Shown piece by piece: positions 8,257 to 17,308 of a DNA stretch of 59,660 nt. Position 1 is the stretch's first letter. Every line of letters starts with the position of its first letter. The DNA comes from Candidatus Pacebacteria bacterium CG_4_10_14_0_8_um_filter_42_14 (GTDB lineage Bacteria > Patescibacteriota > Microgenomatia > UBA1400 > PJMF01): assembly GCA_002784625.1 (NCBI GenBank), contig PFLP01000027.1, positions 1 through 59,660 on the forward strand, written 5' to 3'. Made by a program: the position numbers and the translations under genes. Below the pieces are notes generated by a model. That model did no database searches and had not been told where the DNA came from. It was given only the letters and a program-made list of their open reading frames with translations.

Positions 8257-9174
8257 TTGCATAAATTGTTGTTCAATCTCAGGGGCAAGATCATTAATGT
8301 GAAAGCCGATAAAGACGATTGAGTTTTCCATATTTTTTTGTTCATTCTCGGCTTGCACATAGGTTGTCCTGGCGCCGACAGTGTTAAGGATATTTAATCC
8401 TTCGCCCTTCAGGTTAACCATGCCTTTAATGCGAAAAACAGATTTTGGTAATTGCGAAATCCAGTCGCTAAGTGCTTGTTTCTCTATTTCTCCTTTGCTT
8501 TTTAGATGGAATGATTCGAGTCCGTCCTGGGTGAGGTGATGACTGTGATCTTGTTTAATCTCTAGTAGTTCTTCTAGTTCTTTTGAAGAAACACCGAATG
8601 CGAGGGTTGGGTCAAGAACTCCTTCAGGAGCTTCGATGATCGGGGAGTGATCGTTTAGTTCTCGAACATAGCCAACCACGCGTTTTTTCTGCTCGAGTGA
8701 CGAAAGCTCTATTTTATTAAAGACAATTAGATCGGTGAATTTAGCCTGGTTTTTAGCAGTAATACTAAGATCTTTATAGCCTTCGAACTGTGTTGTATCG
8801 ACGATACTGATGACGCCGTCACGAACTAGCTTGGGGTGGTTCTGAATCATTAGAGCTATGGCGGAAGGATCAGCAGCACCCGAAGCTTCGATGATGATTC
8901 GATCAGGTTTAAATTTTTCTGAAATTTCATCGATCGCTGCGATAAATGGGCCGACTAGAGTGCAACAAATACAGCCGTTGAGAAGCTCTCGGGTGGCAAT
9001 GTGTTTACCCTTCATAATTTCGGCGTCGATATTTTCAGAGCCGATTTCATTTTTGATATAAATAACTTGTTTACCATTGGTTTGGAGCTCATCAATGAGT
9101 TTAGAAATAATGGTAGTTTTTCCAGAGCCTAAGAAACCGGTAAAGATAGTTGTTGGAATCATCCTAAAAAGCAT
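8245..9174 (-). CDS. COG0523 (CobW/YjiA/ZigA-type) metallochaperone GTPase
   Basis: P-loop GFLGSGKTT, the CXCC metal motif NGCICCTL, and a C-terminal CobW_C-like domain with the short His-rich patch DHSHH. Confidence 0.8.
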   Translation of the reverse strand: MLFRMIPTTIFTGFLGSGKTTIISKLIDELQTNGKQVIYIKNEIGSENIDAEIMKGKHIATRELLNGCICCTLVGPFIAAIDEISEKFKPDRIIIEASGAADPSAIALMIQNHPKLVRDGVISIVDTTQFEGYKDLSITAKNQAKFTDLIVFNKIELSSLEQKKRVVGYVRELNDHSPIIEAPEGVLDPTLAFGVSSKELEELLEIKQDHSHHLTQDGLESFHLKSKGEIEKQALSDWISQLPKSVFRIKGMVNLKGEGLNILNTVGARTTYVQAENEQKNMENSIVFIGFHINDLAPEIEQQFMQLFP

Positions 9175-9187
9175 ACCACGATGTGTT

Positions 9188-9946
9188 TTATCTTAAAGAC
9201 GCCCGAATAAATCTGTTTCTCTTGAATTGGTCCGTGATAAATTCTAAATTCCAGTCACTCAAGAACTCGCTCATCGCTTCTTTTGTATGTGATTCATCGA
9301 CCTCCAAGAGAACCACGCCATCAGGTTGAAGGTGATCGGGGGCTTGCTTCAATAATTGGCTGATTAGTTTTAGGCCGTCATCGCCTCCGTCGAGCGCAAG
9401 ATGAGGCTCGTGATCACGAACGCTTGGATCGAGGGACTTAAGTTTACCAGAAGGAATGTATGGCAAGTTGGCTATGATGACGTCTAATTGCAGAGTTGGC
9501 TTGGCTTTGTTCAAGAGATCACTTTGCAGAAATGATAGCTGGGGAAGAAGTCCCAGAACTTGATAAGCATTCCGTTTGGCGATGGCAAGGGCGTGTGGAG
9601 AAATGTCTGTGGCCAAAAACTTAATTCTGTCTATTTCAGCGACTAACTTGTGCAAAACTGAAACAGCTATGGCACCACTACCAGTACCAACTTCGGCAAT
9701 AGAGACAAAGTCGATAGCAATGCTTAATTTTTTGTTTATCTCAGCTAGAGCCAGCTCGACTAATTCCTCGGTTTCAATTCTCGGGATCAGCGCATCTTTG
9801 GTCACTTGCAAAGCTAAGTCGCGAAATTCGGCCACGCCAGTGATGTGCTCGACAGGTCTGGTATCAGTTGGGGAGACACGAACTGGTATAGGTGAATACC
9901 GAGCTAGATGGGTTTGCTCACGGGGTGATAGTACTCTAGTGCTCAT
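9188..9946 (-). CDS. prmC: Release-factor glutamine N5-methyltransferase PrmC/HemK
   Basis: PRIETEELVE, SAM-binding EVGTGSGAIA, and a catalytic tetrapeptide present as NLPY instead of NPPY. Confidence 0.75.
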   Translation of the reverse strand: MSTRVLSPREQTHLARYSPIPVRVSPTDTRPVEHITGVAEFRDLALQVTKDALIPRIETEELVELALAEINKKLSIAIDFVSIAEVGTGSGAIAVSVLHKLVAEIDRIKFLATDISPHALAIAKRNAYQVLGLLPQLSFLQSDLLNKAKPTLQLDVIIANLPYIPSGKLKSLDPSVRDHEPHLALDGGDDGLKLISQLLKQAPDHLQPDGVVLLEVDESHTKEAMSEFLSDWNLEFITDQFKRNRFIRASLR

Positions 9947-9958
9947 AAAATGATGGCT

Positions 9959-10072
9959 TTAACCACCAAATGGGTTGAAAGAAAAAATGAGGCTGGCTAC
10001 ATAAAGAATTGCAGCAAAAAAGATTGTCGCTAGCGCAATAACATAAGCGTATGGAGCTCTAAACCACTGCAT
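9959..10072 (-). CDS. Candidate 37-aa hydrophobic small protein (MQWFRAPYAYVIALATIFFAAILYVASLIFSFNPFGG)
   Basis: ATG-initiated ORF absent from the track because it is too short. One predicted TM helix. Ends 12 nt upstream of the prmC start. No clear Shine-Dalgarno. TATACT lies just upstream. Confidence 0.25.
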   Translation of the reverse strand: MQWFRAPYAYVIALATIFFAAILYVASLIFSFNPFGG

Positions 10073-10096
10073 TTAAGCAGTATATCATGTTGCCCG

Positions 10097-10105
10097 TGCT
10101 AGAAT
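10097..10105 (+). promoter_or_regulatory. Extended -10 promoter element TGCTAGAAT; predicted start falls at or near the yqeY ATG (possible leaderless mRNA)
   Basis: TGnTAnAAT match ends 6 nt before the ATG at 10112. No Shine-Dalgarno in between. Confidence 0.35.
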
Positions 10106-10111
10106 ATCGCC

Positions 10112-10546
10112 ATGACCATTCAAGACAAACTAATCTCAGATATGAAACAAGCGATGAAGAGTCGTGATGCCGTCACCCTTTCTGTGGTGCGCTATCTTCG
10201 CTCCGCAATTAAGAATGCTGAAATTGATGCAGGAGAGCTTAGTGAACAAGCCGTCATAGCGATAATAAAAAAACAAATCAAGCAAGCTGATGAAGCTATC
10301 ACCGAGCTCGAGAGAGCCGGTCGCAGTGAGTTAGTTGCTGAAGAAACAGCTAAGAAAGCTGTGCTTGAGGCATATGTACCCGCCCAGATGGACGAGGCTG
10401 CGGTTCGCGCTTTGATTTTAGAAGTCAAAACAGAAACCGGCGAAACTAATCCTGGCAAGCTAACGGGTCTGGTGCTCCAGCGAAGCGGTGGCTTGGTAGA
10501 TGGAGGTGTAGTCTCAGCCCTTATTAGATCTGAATTTTCACAATAG
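10112..10546 (+). CDS. yqeY: GatB/YqeY domain protein
   Basis: The N-terminus LISDMKQAMKSRDAVTLSVVRYLRSAIKNAEID is typical of the YqeY family. Confidence 0.8.
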   Translation: MTIQDKLISDMKQAMKSRDAVTLSVVRYLRSAIKNAEIDAGELSEQAVIAIIKKQIKQADEAITELERAGRSELVAEETAKKAVLEAYVPAQMDEAAVRALILEVKTETGETNPGKLTGLVLQRSGGLVDGGVVSALIRSEFSQ

Positions 10547-10549
10547 CTT

Positions 10550-11194
10550 ATGCATCAGAGAACAATCGGAGAGATCCTGGCTGAGGAGAGAACAAAGCAC
10601 CACATCAGCATTCCAAAACTTGCCGCCAAAACACGCATTCGTCAGTCTTACATTGTTGCTTTAGAAGAAAATAAATTTGATCAGCTTCCCGCCGCAGTTT
10701 TTGTGAAGGGTTACATCAAAACATTTGGTCGAGTTTTGGGCTTCGATGATCGGCCGCTTCTGGCCTTACTGCGTAGAGATTTTAAAGAAAGCGCTGAAGG
10801 CACCTTGATTCCCAGAGAATTTATCGCTCCAACTTTGAAGCGCTTCAGACAGCCCAGAGCCATCACTACGGCGATAATTTTGCTAGTTTCACTATTTAGC
10901 ACCATATTTTTCTATGTTCTTTTCCAGTGGTATCAGTTACAAAAACCGCCTGAGATTTTCCTGATCTCTCCAGAGGATGCGAGCGTGGTGGGACCCACGG
11001 TTGTTGTTAGGGGCACGACTGATTTTGACGCAGTACTGACAGTTAATAGCCAGCCGGTTGCCTTGCAGCCAGATGGCTCTTTCGAGACTACAGTTCAGTT
11101 CGTTACAGAGGGCGTAGTCACAGTGGTGGTTGAAGCTCAAGATAAACAAGGTAAGATCAGCACTGAGGTTCGCCAGGTCCAAGTGCAGTTTTAA
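10550..11194 (+). CDS. RodZ-like HTH membrane protein
   Basis: HTH_25-type N-terminus ISIPKLAAKTRIRQSYIVALEENKFDQLPAAVFVKGYIKTFGRVLG, one TM helix, and a C-terminal beta-rich domain. Confidence 0.65.
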   Translation: MHQRTIGEILAEERTKHHISIPKLAAKTRIRQSYIVALEENKFDQLPAAVFVKGYIKTFGRVLGFDDRPLLALLRRDFKESAEGTLIPREFIAPTLKRFRQPRAITTAIILLVSLFSTIFFYVLFQWYQLQKPPEIFLISPEDASVVGPTVVVRGTTDFDAVLTVNSQPVALQPDGSFETTVQFVTEGVVTVVVEAQDKQGKISTEVRQVQVQF

Positions 11195-11237
11195 GGCGAT
11201 GTTGTATAGTGAAGTATAATCAAAATAAGGAGTAATT

Positions 11238-11504
11238 ATGGAACTTGTCCCAACAGTATTTGCAGTCGTTCTCGTCATACTTGCCATCGTGCTAAGTGTG
11301 GTCGGGGTTCAGATGGTTTTAGTTTTGGCTGAACTGAAGCGAACTTTGCAAAAAGTAAACAACGCCGTGGAAACTGCTGAAACCAAAATATCTGGTCTGA
11401 TGCAGCCTTTGCAACAGCTGGGTGGAGCAGTCAGCGGTGTCAAAACAGGTCTAAAAGTATTCGAAGCATTCGTTGGTTGGATAAACAAAAATAAAAATGA
11501 GTGA
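11238..11504 (+). CDS. Small membrane protein, DUF948-like (N-terminal TM plus coiled coil)
   Basis: TM helix VFAVVLVILAIVLSVVGVQMVLVL followed by the helical segment LAELKRTLQKVNNAVETAETKI. Confidence 0.45.
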   Translation: MELVPTVFAVVLVILAIVLSVVGVQMVLVLAELKRTLQKVNNAVETAETKISGLMQPLQQLGGAVSGVKTGLKVFEAFVGWINKNKNE

Positions 11505-11808
11505 TCATGAATCCGGCCATTTCTCTACGGGATTTTCTCTCGGATTATTAGCTGGCGCAGCGGGCTATTTTGTCTTTGGTACAAACAAGGGAAAAGAATT
11601 TCGCGTTGAATTGTCAAAAAAATGGCAAGAGGCAAAAAAAGTCGCCGCTGATGAGTGGCCAAAAGAAGCTGGGGCAGAGACGATTGGTGACTTTTTAAAG
11701 ACCATGATTACTCAGATTTCTAGTGAAATTGCTGATTCGACTGGGTCAAAAAAACATCCAAAGCGCAAAAAAAAACCAACAAACAAAAAACAATTTAAAG
11801 GAATTTAG
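11497..11808 (+). CDS. YtxH-like small protein
   Basis: GFSLGLLAGAAGYFVFGTNKGKEFR matches the YtxH Gly-zipper N-terminus. 8-nt overlap with the upstream gene. Lys-rich C-terminus. Confidence 0.5.
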   Translation: MSDHESGHFSTGFSLGLLAGAAGYFVFGTNKGKEFRVELSKKWQEAKKVAADEWPKEAGAETIGDFLKTMITQISSEIADSTGSKKHPKRKKKPTNKKQFKGI

Positions 11809-11809
11809 T

Positions 11810-13675
11810 ATGACCCCTGACGAACTTCGTCTCGCTTACCTTGACTTTATGGAGAGTAAGAAGCACGCTATTGTGCCGTCCTCTTCGATAGTGCCAGAGA
11901 ATGACCCGACCACTCTTTTTACTGGTTCGGGAATGCAGCCGATGATTACCTACTTACTTGGAGAGACACATCCGGAAGGCACTCGTATTGCTAACAGTCA
12001 ACGCTGTTTCAGATCCCAAGACATCGAGGAAGTTGGTGATAATCGACATACAACATATTTCGAGATGCTGGGGAATTGGTCTTTTGGGGATTACTTTAAA
12101 AAAGAGCAACTCAGTTGGTTTTTTGAGTTTCTGACGAAAAAAGTTGGTTTAGACCCAGAGAAATTATTTGTCACGGTCTTTAGAGGTAATGATAAACTTG
12201 GCATTGGCAAAGACACTGAGTCTGTCAAAATTTGGCAAGAATTGTTCGCAGAAGTTGGCTGCACAGTTGAGGACGTTGATTTTTCAGAGCGCGATGGTAT
12301 GGGCGATGGCCGAATTTTTTATTATGACGAAACCAAAAATTGGTGGTCCAGAGCTGGAGTGCCTAATAATATGCCAGCCGGAGAGCCCGGTGGTCCGGAT
12401 AGTGAAATGTTTTATGACTTCGGTGCAGAGCGCCAGCTTCACGAGAACTCTGAATTTGCCAAACTTCCCTGTCACGTGAACTGCGACTGCGGCCGTTTTC
12501 TAGAGATCGGCAACTCAGTTTTCATGCAGTATCTGAAACAAGCGGATGGATCCTTTACGGAGTTACCACAGCAGAACGTCGATTTTGGCGGGGGCTTAGT
12601 GCGTATTGCGGCGGCCCAAAACAATGATCCAGACGTTTTTGTCACTTCATTTTTTACTCCAATAATTGCCAAACTTGAATCTATTACTGGTAAAAAATAT
12701 GGAGAATCAGAAGAGGTAAAATACGCATTTCGAGTCATTGCCGATCATGTTTGTGCGGCAGTTATGCTTGCTAGTGACGGAGTTTTTCCTTCTAATAAAG
12801 AGCAGGGCTACTTTTCTCGCCGTCTGCTTCGTCGCTCGATCAGATATATTCACACCATCGGTTACGATGAGCCATTTTTGGCCGAGTTGGTCGATGTTGT
12901 AGCCGAGATTTATGGCAAAGCATACCCTTCGATTCTGAATGGGCTGCCCCAGATTAAAGCTAGCTTCACTGCCGAAGAGAAGAAATTTCAAAAAGCTCTG
13001 GCTAAAGGTCTGAGGCACTTCACGGATTTAAAAGTAATTGATGGTGAGTCTGCCTTCGCACTTTATGAAACTTACGGCTTTCCTTTTGAACTTACCCAAG
13101 AGTTAGCTGTAGAGCGTGGCATTACCTTAAAGCAAGCTGACTTTGATGCCGCAAGAGATGCGCATGCCGCCAAATCTCGCCAAGGATCAGCTGGGAAATT
13201 TAAGGGTGGACTACAAGACACCAGCGAAATTGCTACAAAATATCATACAGCTACTCACTTATTGCACGCGGCTCTGAGAAAATTGCTCGGTACTGGTGTG
13301 CAACAGAAGGGCTCGAATATTACGGCGGAGCGATTACGCTTTGATTTTTCGTTTGAGAGAGTTTTAACAGCTGAAGAACAGAAAACTGTGCTAAATCAGA
13401 TTTTGGAGTGGATAGATAAAGAATTACCAGTCACTAAGCAAACGATGGAAAAAGAGGCGGCAATAAAATCTGGAGCAATTGCTTTTTTTAGCCAAAAATA
13501 CCCAGACCAAGTCAGTGTTTACACAATCGGTCTCGATCCAGAAAGCGACTGGATCTCAAAAGAGCTTTGCGGTGGACCCCACGTGCAAAACACCAAAGAA
13601 ATTGGAAAGTTGACAATTCTTAAAGAGCAGGCTGTCGCGGCTGGCGTTCGCAGAATGTATCTACAGCTAGTGTAA
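11810..13675 (+). CDS. alaS: Alanine--tRNA ligase, compact form (621 aa) ending right after the editing domain
   Basis: [38 protein letters not shown]-type N-terminus, [14 protein letters not shown], and editing motifs [11 protein letters not shown] and CGGPHV. The tracked ORF start at 11723 overlaps the upstream gene. The ATG at 11810 fits the family. Confidence 0.9.
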   Translation: [621 protein letters not shown]

Positions 13676-13753
13676 CTCTAGCCGAAGAGGCAATAATTTG
13701 CTTTAATGGAGGTGCAAACATCTATTAGGTGTTTCTGGTTGTAGTGGAATAGT

Positions 13754-15928
13754 ATGCAGTTATCAAATCTTTTTGCTGAAGCAAAAAAAACAGGTGAAAA
13801 ACAGGTGCTTTGCATCAGTATTACTGATGCTAGCATTCAGTCGTTGTTCGTGAGTGTCAGTGGCAAGGTTGTAAGGGTTCGCTCCCAGTCCCCTCGACTG
13901 CATTACTCAGATGTGAATGCTTTGATTGTCAAAACTGACGAATCGCTACAACAGCTCGGCCAGGAATCGGAATCAGTCAGTGAAGTAGTTTTTGGACTAG
14001 AGCGCAGCTGGATCTCAAAGGGAGATATCGCCGAAAAGCATAAACAAACTCTCGAGCGCTTGATGAAAGATCTGTCACTGAAGCCGATAGGCTTTGCCGA
14101 TCATACGGAGGCATTAGCCCAGCACTTTTTAGTTTCTCAGCCACAAATTCCCAGGGTCCTGGTTTTGATTAGTCAATCTTTAGTTACAGTGGCATTGCTT
14201 GATCAGGGTTCTTTGCTGGCCGTTCAAGATATTGGTCACTCGGATGATATTGTTGCCGATATTACGGAGGGCCTAGCAAGATTGAAACCAGAGAATGGAT
14301 ATTTACCTTCGAAAATAACCGTAGCTTCGTTTTTACTTCCAGACGAAGAAGTTTTGGCAGCTCAACAAGAACTCCAGGGTGCGGACTGGCAACAGCAAGG
14401 TTTTTTCTTACAAGTCCCCGTGGTCGAGCATTTGGCAGAGGTTGAAGCACTTCAATACTTGGCTATTCAGGTAGGCTCAGTTGCGCCCCAGCAATCAACG
14501 TCTGCTTCAGAAGAAGAGATAGCTCTGCCTGTCGCCGTTGCCGAAGTTCCAGATAAAGAATTTGGTTTTTCTCCTGCGGAAGTCTCTAAGGTTCATTCGA
14601 GTGAGGAAGCGCAAGAAATTGAGGATGCCCCAAAGTCGTTTGGCATACCGATCATCGCCAAGCGTTTGTGGCAACATTCAGACAACATTGACAGCCCCAC
14701 CGGAGACGAGCCAGATGAAGATTTTGATGAATTACCAGCCAGAACCAAGACTAAGCACAAACCTCATAAGTTCGCTATTATTGGAGTGATTGCTGGCTTA
14801 GTAGCCTTATCCATAATTGCTGTAGTTGGCATTACCTTCTTTAGTACCGCTTTGGTTAGTATTACTCCGAAGGTGGTGATAGTCTCTAAGGAGGTTGATA
14901 TTGCCCTTGATTCTTCGATTGCAGCGACCGATACAGAAGCAAGTGTAATAAAAGCCGAGCAGTACAGCGAGGAATTCACGAACGAGCGTTCTGCAGATAC
15001 CAGTGGAATTTCACTAGTTGGAGATAAGGCCACGGGCACGGTGACAATTTTTAATAAAACTGAATCCGACAAAACATTTGAGTCAGGAACCAGCCTTAGT
15101 GTCGATACTTATAACTTTGTAACAACTGAGCAAGTTACCGTTCCTGCCGCCCAAGTAAGTACAAAAGATGGTGGTGCCGGGGAAGTTAAAGATTATGGTC
15201 AGAAATCTGTATCTGTAGCGGCGGCGGCGATAGGAGCAGACTCCAATTTATCCCAGGGTACTGAACTTACCGTGGCTTCTTTTGCAACTAGCAGTTATAC
15301 AGCGACAGCATCACAAGCATTTTCTGGAGGAAGTAGCCGTGAGGTACGTGTCGTTTCGGCAACCGATTTGGAAGTTTTACTTTCGGAAGCAAAAGCGGAG
15401 ATTCTTAAGGAGGCTGGCACAGCTTTTTCTAAAGAATCAGGATCCGGAAAATATATTTTACCTCCGCAGCAGCTAACAATTACATCTACGACATATGATT
15501 CAGAAGAAGGTGACGAAGCTGAGGCTGTTTCTTTGACGCTCATTGCTGAAGTCCAGTCACTGTCATATTCAAAAGAAGATTTAATGCCAGTTGTTAAAGA
15601 AATTCTCCGGTCAGAAATTCCAGAGGGATATGAGCTTATTGATTCTGATCCACAACTTTTATCTGCTCCAGCGAAAGACATAGATTTAACGAAAAAGATT
15701 TCCCTGACTGTGAACATGAGTGCTAAAGCTCAGGCAGTGATTGACCAGCAAGAAGTTTTGAAAGTTGCCCAGGGAAAAAAGAGAGCAGAGGCAGAACGTT
15801 TATTACTTGAAAAATTTCAGATCCAGTCAGCTACGGCCCATCTACAACCCAGCATTATTAATTCCTTTTGGCAAAACTTACCAAAATCTACAGATCGCAT
15901 GAAAGTAGTCGTCGAGTCTTCACTATGA
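13754..15928 (+). CDS. Bitopic membrane protein: degenerate FtsA/PilM-like actin-fold N-domain, acidic linker, one TM, large extracytoplasmic C-domain
   Basis: The segment LKPIGFADHTEALAQHFL..VLVLISQSLVTVALLDQGSLLAVQDIGHSDDIVADITEGL follows the FtsA/PilM pattern, but the DxGG phosphate motifs are lost. TM helix FAIIGVIAGLVALSIIAVVGITFF. The C-domain is Thr/Ser/Val-rich. Confidence 0.6.
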   Translation: MQLSNLFAEAKKTGEKQVLCISITDASIQSLFVSVSGKVVRVRSQSPRLHYSDVNALIVKTDESLQQLGQESESVSEVVFGLERSWISKGDIAEKHKQTLERLMKDLSLKPIGFADHTEALAQHFLVSQPQIPRVLVLISQSLVTVALLDQGSLLAVQDIGHSDDIVADITEGLARLKPENGYLPSKITVASFLLPDEEVLAAQQELQGADWQQQGFFLQVPVVEHLAEVEALQYLAIQVGSVAPQQSTSASEEEIALPVAVAEVPDKEFGFSPAEVSKVHSSEEAQEIEDAPKSFGIPIIAKRLWQHSDNIDSPTGDEPDEDFDELPARTKTKHKPHKFAIIGVIAGLVALSIIAVVGITFFSTALVSITPKVVIVSKEVDIALDSSIAATDTEASVIKAEQYSEEFTNERSADTSGISLVGDKATGTVTIFNKTESDKTFESGTSLSVDTYNFVTTEQVTVPAAQVSTKDGGAGEVKDYGQKSVSVAAAAIGADSNLSQGTELTVASFATSSYTATASQAFSGGSSREVRVVSATDLEVLLSEAKAEILKEAGTAFSKESGSGKYILPPQQLTITSTTYDSEEGDEAEAVSLTLIAEVQSLSYSKEDLMPVVKEILRSEIPEGYELIDSDPQLLSAPAKDIDLTKKISLTVNMSAKAQAVIDQQEVLKVAQGKKRAEAERLLLEKFQIQSATAHLQPSIINSFWQNLPKSTDRMKVVVESSL

Positions 15929-16896
15929 GTGTTAAAAAAAAGCCTGCCCACAAACCAGTCGATCAGAAAAAATTAATTGAACTGTATCGTAAAGCGTTAC
16001 TTAGTGGCATGTCTTTAGACAATCTCGAGTCGAGTATTGAGCGTCATCTTGAGCGTCTTCAAGCTACTGATTCAGTAGAGGCAGATGAGCAGCGCGCAGC
16101 CATCGTCGAGATAAAGCAACAATTACCACTCGTCGTCAGAGTTGGCGCCGCGCTTGTGCCAATTGTGTTAATTCTCGTTGGAGTTGGTTTGGTTGGGAGC
16201 GCAGTGGTTCCAATCGCCGGTCACTACATCACCCAGGTGTCACAGCTACAAGCTGCCCAGCTTACCTCGCCAATTCCAGAGGAAGAAGTGATGGAGCTTA
16301 CTCCAGTGACAGTGACAGATGTCTCAGAATCTCGTCGTTCATCGGGTGGATTTGCATTTGAGCCCGAGATAGTTGACGTCGAACTTGATTACACGAATCT
16401 TCAAAATTGGTTCACAGGTGTTGATATTCCCACCCTCGCTACTGGCAAAAACAGCGATGGTCAGGTCGAGTACACGATAGACATTCCCAAGCTAAAAATA
16501 TTTGGAGCCAAGGTTGTGGCGGGTGGCACAGATCTTAGCAAGGGTATTATCGCCTACGAAGGCACGGCGCTTCCAGGAGAGTTTGGCGCGCCTGTCTTGT
16601 TTGGTCACTCTACGAACAGAGCTTTTTATAATCCTAGCGAAAAAAACTCCCGTCGTTATATGTCGATTTTCAGTTACATCATGACCCTTGATAAAAATGA
16701 CGAGATAATTATTTCCATGAACGATGGAATTAAATACACCTATGTTGTGCAGGAAAAGACGGAAGTTAAACCCACAGATGTATATATTCTGACACAAAAA
16801 TATGACTCTAAAAGTCTGAAGCTTGTTACTTGTACGCCAGAAGGAACTTATTTGCGCAGAGGAGTAGTGACTGCCCAGCTGGTTTCGCAGAGTTAG
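15925..16896 (+). CDS. Sortase family transpeptidase (membrane anchored)
   Basis: Catalytic triad context VLFGHST, LKLVTCTP and RRGVVTA. N-terminal TM helix. The ATG at 15925 overlaps the upstream stop (ATGA). Confidence 0.8.
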   Translation: MSVKKKPAHKPVDQKKLIELYRKALLSGMSLDNLESSIERHLERLQATDSVEADEQRAAIVEIKQQLPLVVRVGAALVPIVLILVGVGLVGSAVVPIAGHYITQVSQLQAAQLTSPIPEEEVMELTPVTVTDVSESRRSSGGFAFEPEIVDVELDYTNLQNWFTGVDIPTLATGKNSDGQVEYTIDIPKLKIFGAKVVAGGTDLSKGIIAYEGTALPGEFGAPVLFGHSTNRAFYNPSEKNSRRYMSIFSYIMTLDKNDEIIISMNDGIKYTYVVQEKTEVKPTDVYILTQKYDSKSLKLVTCTPEGTYLRRGVVTAQLVSQS

Positions 16897-16897
16897 T

Positions 16898-17308
16898 ATG
16901 ACAAAACAATCAACCCTTGGCATTGATTATGGCGTAAAACGAATCGGCGTTGCGGTCAGTTATCATTCACTGGCAGAACCTTTAAAAATCGTCCCTCACG
17001 GCAACGCAGTTTTTGCAGATCTACAACGAATTATTGACGAGCATAACGTTGGCTATCTTGTATTTGGAATTTCAGATGGTGAGATGGCGGAGAAAACCAG
17101 AATCTTTGCGGAAAAACTCAAGCTAGTAACAGGCCTGCCGTTGGCGTTTATAGACGAGGCTTACAGTTCTAAGCAAGTGCATGAGAAGATGAAAATCAAG
17201 CGTGGCCCGAGAGCCTCACAACATAAGCCAATCGATCACTATGTGGCTGCAGAGCTTCTACAAGAATGGTTAGATAGTAAGTTACTGCAGGAAGAACGCT
17301 ATGCCTAA
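16898..17308 (+). CDS. ruvX: Putative pre-16S rRNA nuclease / Holliday junction resolvase-like YqgF
   Basis: LGIDYGVKRIGVAVS N-terminus and the DEAYSS motif. Confidence 0.85.
   Translation: MTKQSTLGIDYGVKRIGVAVSYHSLAEPLKIVPHGNAVFADLQRIIDEHNVGYLVFGISDGEMAEKTRIFAEKLKLVTGLPLAFIDEAYSSKQVHEKMKIKRGPRASQHKPIDHYVAAELLQEWLDSKLLQEERYA

Noticed and set aside
11723-11809. Upstream extension of the alaS ORF (MKLLIRLGQKNIQSAKKNQQTKNNLKEFS) overlapping the YtxH-like gene.
   Set aside because: It is simply the alternative frame of the Lys-rich 3' end of the upstream gene. The AlaRS family N-terminus begins at the ATG at 11810.
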